Shown: in pieces, positions 21,965 through 28,637 of the stretch
Position numbering within the stretch: the stretch's first letter is position 1
How the letters are laid out: each line of letters begins with the position of its first letter
From: Paraspadella gotoi
Taxonomy: Eukaryota > Animalia > Chaetognatha
Assembly (NCBI GenBank): GCA_051294375.1
Contig: CM119271.1
Coordinates: 9,347,132-9,375,768 of the forward strand
Reading direction: 5' to 3'
Length of the DNA stretch: 28,637 nucleotides
Made by a program: the position numbers and the translations under genes
Notes under the pieces: generated by a model
The model's database searches: none
Seen by the model: the letters and a program-made list of their open reading frames with translations, nothing else
What the model was told of the DNA's origin: nothing

Positions 21965-23462
21965 CCCAAAGAAGACAAAAAAAGGCGAAGATTGTGAGCT
22001 TTGTTGTCGTTGTTGTCGTTATTGTTGTCTTCGTCGGTCTTTTATGTCAGGCGAGAACAGTTTGGTGAGTTTGGCGAAGGGCGATATTTTTACCGAAAGA
22101 GGGCGTAGTCTGCGTTGTTGTCGCATTGTTGCCAAAGGAATTTAAGACGTCAAAGTCTCTGGGGGTTTTTTTTCGGAGGGGGGGGGCTAAGGGGTCGGAG
22201 GTCAATGGATCCAGTTTTTTTTTTTTTTTGTGCTTTTCATCGTTTTCGCTCCTTTGACCTTTTGTTTGGACGACTGCTTCCTTGCTTGTCTATGCTTGTC
22301 ATTGCTTGACCTTTTATGACTTCCGTTTTCTAGGTTTTCTTAGCACTCTCGGTTTTTTGGTTGGGAGGAGTTATCTACTTCTCTTTGCTTTTCTTTATCT
22401 CTTTTATTCTCTCTGCCGCTCTAGTTCTTATCCTTTTTTTTGCTTGTATCTTCACTCGTTTTTGAGCTAACATTTACTTTACATTTCTTTTTTTCCCTTT
22501 TTTTTTCTCTCTTCCTTTATTTAGCCCTCCGAGTGAGTTTACCGGCCAATTTCACGGATTACAGAGAGAGATGGTGAGATCGTGAATGGCTTGTGAAACT
22601 GATCAGCCGAAGGATGCACGAAACTGGCTACTACATCTTCTGTTTGTCCGGCCACGCCTCGTCTCCGTTTTTTGTCGGCCATTTTGAAGGTCAATAGCAG
22701 TCAGTGTACATTTAATGGTGGGTCATGAAACGAAATGAAAAAAATCGACAGTCGATGTTTAAAGTTTAAAACAAAAACAAACAAAAATCATAAATAAACA
22801 AAGGAAAAAACACTGGAAAAAAGAAAACAACAACAGTAAACGACGACGACAACCAAAACCTTTTCCATGTTTCATTTTTTTCTCCTCCAACAAACAAGTT
22901 CTCTCTCTCTAACTCGTTTCGCTAATTAATCAAGCGATTTTTTTTCCGGGGGAAGATGGAGAATGAGCGTTAAACAGAAACGGAGAAGGAGAGAGTTTGA
23001 GAGAGAGTGACATTGAAAGAGGAAGAAAAATAAATGCATTGAGGTCCGAGTTATGTTCCGATTATAATTAATCAGTAATAATAGACGGTAAGGCGTGAGG
23101 GAAAGATAATTTAATTTTAAATATAATTTTTTGTTTGTTTTATCTTTCATCGCCATGAAGGCGACTCCAAAAGTTAAACGTAAGTGACTTATAGAGTTGC
23201 TTAATTACAAGAAACGGCAATTCCAATGTGTTAACCGCGACGGATTTTTTTGACAAATATAAATCAATCGCTGATTTTTAACTCATAACTTCAACTCGAC
23301 GAAATTTTTCTTCCTTTTAGAGTAAAAATATCTCAAGTAGATAAAAATATATCAGAGAGACACCCCTACTTAACATATTGAAACAAAGATTTAAGTAGTG
23401 AATTCTATCAAATTAAGAAAAGCTATGGATAACGAAAAGGTTAGATAGACGAAACGTCCTAC

Positions 23463-23566
23463 TGCAATATGTAAATGAGATTTTGGCGTATCGATCGAAG
23501 CTTCGCTGAAAATTTTTTCGGGCGTTATAGAATCCACAGAGCGAGAAAGAGCAAGAGAGAACCCGA
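23463..23566 (-). CDS. Putative gene A exon (GFSLALSRSVDSITPEKIFSEASIDTPKSHLHIA)
   Basis: Strong acceptor cttttcctttcttag|T, donor GCA|GTAGGA, 104 nt. Its phase 1 start matches the end of the 24074 exon. Confidence 0.45.
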
Positions 23567-23755
23567 CTAAGAAAGGAAAAAGCAAAGATTGTTAGCTTTT
23601 TTCGATAATTATTCGGGCGGTCCAGAATTTAACACTTTTAAATATAAACCTTTCTGCAATAAAATTCTCATCTCCTTTTACTAATAAAAAGAGATGAAGA
23701 GACAGGCTGCTTTCCCATAATGGTCATCTTCAGATATGGACAAGATTAGAATGGG

Positions 23756-23814
23756 ATATATTCCGTAATGTTATGTATATATATATGTATATATATTCCG
23801 TAATGTTATGTATA
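23756..23814. repeat. 24-bp direct repeat ATATATTCCGTAATGTTATGTATA x2 around a (TA)n spacer
   Basis: Seen directly. Confidence 0.9.
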
Positions 23815-24073
23815 ACAACTTTTGTTAGAATCGCATATTATAGTCAACTATAACAACGCATACCTATGCCAAGCATTGCTTCCACTCATTCTCGTAACTC
23901 CAAAGTTTCGTTTTTTTTTAGTTGTCACGTTTCCAACATTTTTTAAAACTTTTCACACTCAATTACTCAATCACTCAATCAACATCTAACTGCCGTCAAC
24001 GCCGTCCGGTTCTGGATATATCAAATTAACAAACAAACCATAAAAAAACATAAAAAAGGTGAATTGTATTCAC

Positions 24074-24680
24074 GCTGTTTAAATCCAACGTTATATAGGA
24101 CATCTGGGCTTTTGCCCGGGGATATATAGAGAGAATCATCACTGCTAAAAATGATCTCAACGGGAAAAGATCCGGACACTCGCCGGAAATCGGCCGAGAG
24201 TCGTTAACCTTAATTCCTCGTTTTCCGTAAGAGAAGGAAGACGAAGACCCCGAATAACCCATTACGTCTCAGCGACGATATCGTCCTAAGGAAATCGTCT
24301 ATTTGCCGAACGTCTCTCAGGACGATCGTCTCTTACGGCGAATGCAAATTCCGCGAGAATGCGCTCGTACTAGACCACGCCATCTTACATCGCGTCTTTC
24401 CACGCAATCGTGCGCCATTTCCGGTTTAATTTCCACCCATGGAATCCAATTTCGGCTCAACGCCCGCGATCTCAAACGAACTTTGTCCCAAGAGATCATT
24501 CAGACGCCAAGAAACTGATAGTTGCTCGTTCGACCCTGGGATTGAGGGTCCGGAGATCCAGGCTACAATTCTTTCGTCGGGTTTTTCCCTCTCATTGGCG
24601 AAGGCATCGTCGTCATTGCATTCGCGCTTCTAACGGCTTCTTTGCCATCGCCATTCGCAAATTAACAAGTTTTTCATATA
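24074..24680 (-). CDS. Putative large exon of gene A with apparent frameshifts (sequence errors or pseudogene)
   Basis: Acceptor ttattcgctgtttag|T, donor AGC|GTGAAT. About 600 nt of non-repetitive sequence with protein-like segments in alternating frames: ECNDDDAFANEREKPDERIVAWISGPSIPGSNEQLSVSWRLNDLLGQSSFEIAGVEPKLDSM / VEIKPEMAHDCVE / PVEIIFSSDDSLYISPGKSPDVLYNVGFKQ. Confidence 0.5.
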
Positions 24681-24774
24681 CTAAACAGCGAATAAGCCAT
24701 TCACATTTCATGCCATAGTAGTATTTTATTTCAAATTAGCTATGGCATCTTTAAGTGCACTTTCGGATGCTATT

Positions 24775-25075
24775 CCCGTCGCCATCGCCAAATTGCCATC
24801 CCCGTCGCCATCTCCAATTGCCATAAACGTCGCCATCACCAGTGCCTCTCCCATCGCCATCGTAAATTGCCATTGCCGTCGCCATCGCAATGCCATCAAG
24901 TCGCTCATCAATACCAGTGCCATACCGCGCCATCGCCCAATATTCGCCATTGCCGTCGCCATCGCCTCAATGCCATCAAGTCGCCATTCATCAGGTGAAC
25001 TTACCCGGTCGGTTCATCGCCAAATCTGACCATTTCTGCTGTCTTCCTCGCCAATGCCACCGCCTCTTTCGCCGC
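24775..25075. repeat. Degenerate (GCCATC/GCCGTC/GCCATT)n hexamer-based repeat
   Basis: More than 20 GCCRT-type cores; AATGCCATCAAGTCGC occurs twice. Confidence 0.85.
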
Positions 25076-25150
25076 CTTCATATTTTCCTTCGCTGAAAAT
25101 ATCCTTTTCCGCCAAAAGAAAATCTCGCCGGTGGAGGAGACTTCTCCCTC

Positions 25151-25228
<78 letters not shown>

Positions 25229-26508
25229 GCTGCCTGCTCGCGAATATATCACATCGACTTTTCCCCCATAGTTTTTGGTAAAAAGCCACGAAGACTTTTT
25301 AAAAATGAACAAAAAACAATTAATAAACTCTATGATTTCTAGAATATCAACCGCTAAACATTTAATCTCTTTCACTTTCTGAACTCGTGAGCTCCGTTTA
25401 GAGACCAGCCCTTCTCCATTTCCGTCGGGCCGATGGATGAAGAAAAAATAATCGACAAAATTCAATTTTATGAAAAAAAGAAAGAAAATTATAGTAGACT
25501 TTTTTAAAAAAAATAAAGTTTCCGCTACTTTTTTCCATCTTAATTCATATTTCCGTAGTTTTCATTTTAAATAATTTCCTTTTTTTCTCTCAGACGTTCC
25601 TCTTCCACAACGGTTTTTCCTTTCCTCTTCCTTAATTTTTTCCGACGTTCGCTCCTTATTTTTTTTCCCTCCTTTTTTTTCCATCCATTTCCCTGGTGAT
25701 CCCATTGCCGCTCTCCTTTCCTCTTTGGCGCTTATCAAATTTTCTGACGGTTTCATATCCCGCTACACTGCGATTTCACCGAATTGACACAAAAATTGTT
25801 TTTGTATTATTCGCGGGCTTTGAATTGTCACTACCAGGTTCGCTTATACTTATAGTTATAGTTATAAAAAAAAAACAACCCCAAAATGATAACTAAAATT
25901 TTAACCCAAAGCTTTTCCGAGCTTAAACTGACAAAAAAAAAAATACGAGAGAAACGGGATTGGGAAGCTCTCGCTAGGCAACTCTTCGCCATTTGCGTCT
26001 ATTACAACGCGGAAGACCACGAAGAGAAAAAAAATCCCCGATCGGCGAGAGGTAAGAGCCGTTTGAAATCGCAGAGTGGGGAGAGAAGGAAAAGGGGACG
26101 GGGCTGTCATTATACCAAATTTGGAAATTGGCTCGAGAGTAGTTTGGGAGGGAAAAGGGAAGAGAAAGATTGTATAGAGAAGAAAGAGGAGGGAAAGAGA
26201 AGAGATAGAGGTAAGTAGGGCTTAAGAGAAGAGAGAGAAATGAAAAAAAGGGAGAGAGAGAGAGAGAGGAGAATGACAAGAGAAGAGAATGATAAAAGAG
26301 AGATGGAGAGAAAAAATACTGAAAAGTCGTAAGAGAGCGAATTGAAAGGGGAAGGGGCAATGAGGTAAGTGAGAGCAAATAAGAGGAACAGGGAAGGAAG
26401 GTAAGGAATAAGTCAGTCAAAGGTGGTGAGGAAGGAAAGTGAAAACGAAACTGGCTTGAGTGAGGATCAAAATTTATGGGGGAACGAAAGTTGTGGTAAA
26501 AGGGGAAA

Positions 26509-26553
26509 GGGGATCGAAGAGGGGATTGGGGATCGAAGAGGGGATTGGGGATC
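26509..26553. repeat. 19-bp tandem repeat GGGGATCGAAGAGGGGATT, about 2.4 units
   Basis: Seen directly. Confidence 0.88.
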
Positions 26554-27861
26554 AAAAATGGAAAAACGGAAAATTCCGAGGACCCAAGTCCCGCCTCCTT
26601 TTTTTTCCCTCCTCTCTCATGGGATTCGTTATCTGTTGTTTCGAATTTCTCAGAAATGAACCTAATTTTTTTTCTAAAAATAAAACTCGATACTAAAATT
26701 GTCTCATTCCTTCTTTCCTTCTTATAGCTTTTTCATTTTCCTTTACTCTCTCTCTCTCTCNNNNNNNNNNNNNNNNNNNNNNNNNNNNNNNNNNNNNNNN
26801 NNNNNNNNNNNNNNNNNNNNNNNNNNNNNNNNNNNNNNNNNNNNNNNNNNNNNNNNNNNNNNNNNNNNNNNNNNNNNNNNNNNNNNNNNNNNNNNNNNNN
26901 NNNNNNNNNNNNNNNNNNNNNNNNNNNNNNNNNNNNNNNNNNNNNNNNNNNNNNNNNNNNNNNNNNNNNNNNNNNNNNNNNNNNNNNNNNNNNNNNNNNN
27001 NNNNNNNNNNNNNNNNNNNNNNNNNNNNNNNNNNNNNNNNNNNNNNNNNNNNNNNNNNNNNNNNNNNNNNNNNNNNNNNNNNNNNNNNNNNNNNNNNNNN
27101 NNNNNNTTTCACTTTGAAACAAAACAGACGAAAGGGGGAAATCTTTTTTTTTCTCTTCACAGCAAAGACGTCGTCGTAGTCGTCGTCGTCGTCGTCTTCG
27201 TTGTTGTCGTCTTCATTATCGTCGTCTTTCTCGTCGTCCTTACCGTTGACCTCGTCGTCTCCCCCACGACTGTCACCGCCATCCATCATTGTCATTCACA
27301 TCTCTAATTCGATGTCACAAATACCTGACAACATCACCTTAATTGCCGGTTCCACCCATTTCTTTGTGTATCTCCTATTCGTCGTCGTCGTCATCGTCGT
27401 CGGATTAGCCTCCGAGGTCTGTTTATTCATCGTTATCATCGTCGTCATCGTCATCGTCTTCGTCGTCCATCTTTGTATTCTCTTACTACCGAATAAATTT
27501 TCCTTTGCTTTCAATTTGCGAGAAATCCCTTCGCTTCCCTCCTCCTCCTCCTCCTCCTCNNNNNNNNNNNNNNNNNNNNNNNNNNNNNNNNNNNNNNNNN
27601 NNNNNNNNNNNNNNNNNNNNNNNNNNNNNNNNNNNNNNNNNNNNNNNNNNNNNNNNNNNNNNNNNNNNNNNNNNNNNNNNNNNNNNNNNNNNNNNNNNNN
27701 NNNNNNNNNNNNNNNNNNNNNNNNNNNNNNNNNNNNNNNNNNNNNNNNNNNNNNNNNNNNNNNNNNNNNNNNNNNNNNNNNNNNNNNNNNNNNNNNNNNN
27801 NNNNNNAACCATTTTCCCCGAGAGCAAAAAAGAAGCTCATTCTTTTCATCTCCCGTCGAGT

Positions 27862-27961
27862 TTTTGCCGCAAGAGAGCGTCTTTTGCCGCAAGAGAGCGT
27901 CTTTTGCCGCAAGAGAGCGTCTTTTGCCGCAAGAGAGCGTCTTTTGCCGCAAGAGAGCGTC
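27862..27961. repeat. Perfect 20-bp minisatellite TTTTGCCGCAAGAGAGCGTC x5
   Basis: Five identical units seen directly. Confidence 0.97.
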
Positions 27962-28098
27962 TCGCTTCTTCACTGCGCGTCGGTTAATTATTAATAATTC
28001 ACAATGACAAATTTTTAAATTTCATTGCAAAATGTAACTGATAACAAAGCGCGTGAAAGTGAGTTATTTTTCACAATGCGCCCTCTCTCCTATCTCAC

Positions 28099-28179
28099 TT
28101 GGTAACGCCAAGGCTTCAACGACGTCGAAGTGACTTCAGCGACGGTGGAGATTCTGGCGCAATATTGCAGATGGAATCC
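28099..28179 (-). CDS. Putative gene A exon (GFHLQYCARISTVAEVTSTSLKPWRYQ)
   Basis: Acceptor cttgcccttcccaaag|G, donor CAA|GTGAGA, 81 nt, open in phase 0. Confidence 0.35.
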
Positions 28180-28240
28180 CTTTGGGAAGGGCAAGAGATC
28201 TTCATTCATGTTTACAAATTGGGGAAGAGAAGATTTGACC

Positions 28241-28276
<36 letters not shown>

Positions 28277-28637
28277 NNNNNNNNNNNNNNNNNNNNNNNN
28301 NNNNNNNNNNNNNNNNNNNNNNNNNNNNNNNNNNNNNNNNNNNNNNNNNNNNNNNNNNNNNNNNNNNNNNNNNNNNNNNNNNNNNNNNNNNNNNNNNNNN
28401 NNNNNNNNNNNNNNNNNNNNNNNNNNNNNNNNNNNNNNNNNNNNNTCTCTCTCTCTCTCTCTCTCTCTCTCTTTCGCTGAAATTTAAACAGCCCCGAACA
28501 AATCAACTGTTTGTTGATATTTCGAAAAAAAACATAACATAACATAAAAAAATATTCAGAAAAACAATTTGAAAAATAATAAAATTGACATTTAAAAGTC
28601 AAGAAATACAAATTACATAGAAAAACAAACGAAATTG

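Noticed and set aside
25375-25440. Systematic non-canonical GG 3' splice sites (catcgg|, ttgcgg|, ctgtgg|)
   Set aside because: The 23535 case has a canonical in-phase AG at 23567, and the other two exons are unproven in error-prone sequence.
27862-27961. CRISPR-like repeat array
   Set aside because: Units abut with no unique spacers, no cas genes are present and the context is eukaryotic.

Overview
This is eukaryotic, probably invertebrate, genomic DNA from a gapped, error-prone assembly. It is very rich in microsatellites ((GA)n, (TCG)n, (AAGAT)n, (GAAC)n, (GAT)n) and CpG is frequent. I found no prokaryotic-type genes, rRNA, tRNA, CRISPR array or transposase/RT ORF; most six-frame ORFs are microsatellite or N-gap artefacts. 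The dominant structure is a head-to-tail duplication of about 7-7.8 kb (5106-12089 and about 12711-19943). The copies differ mostly by 1-bp indels, so this is either an uncollapsed haplotype/read or a very recent duplication. Short higher-complexity islands between the repeats carry splice signals on the minus strand and can be chained, tentatively, into two unidentified multi-exon genes in tandem. Gene A runs from about 28179 to a last exon at about 18023 (duplicated at 10319). Gene B starts at a CCAAT-box-rich promoter with an Inr and a non-coding first exon (about 9870-9614, duplicated at about 17275-17026) and runs to about 3700 or 2600. There is also a ~330-bp dispersed repeat with short terminal direct repeats, present twice in inverted orientation, and several minisatellites. 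All gene models are manual inferences and no product could be named with confidence.
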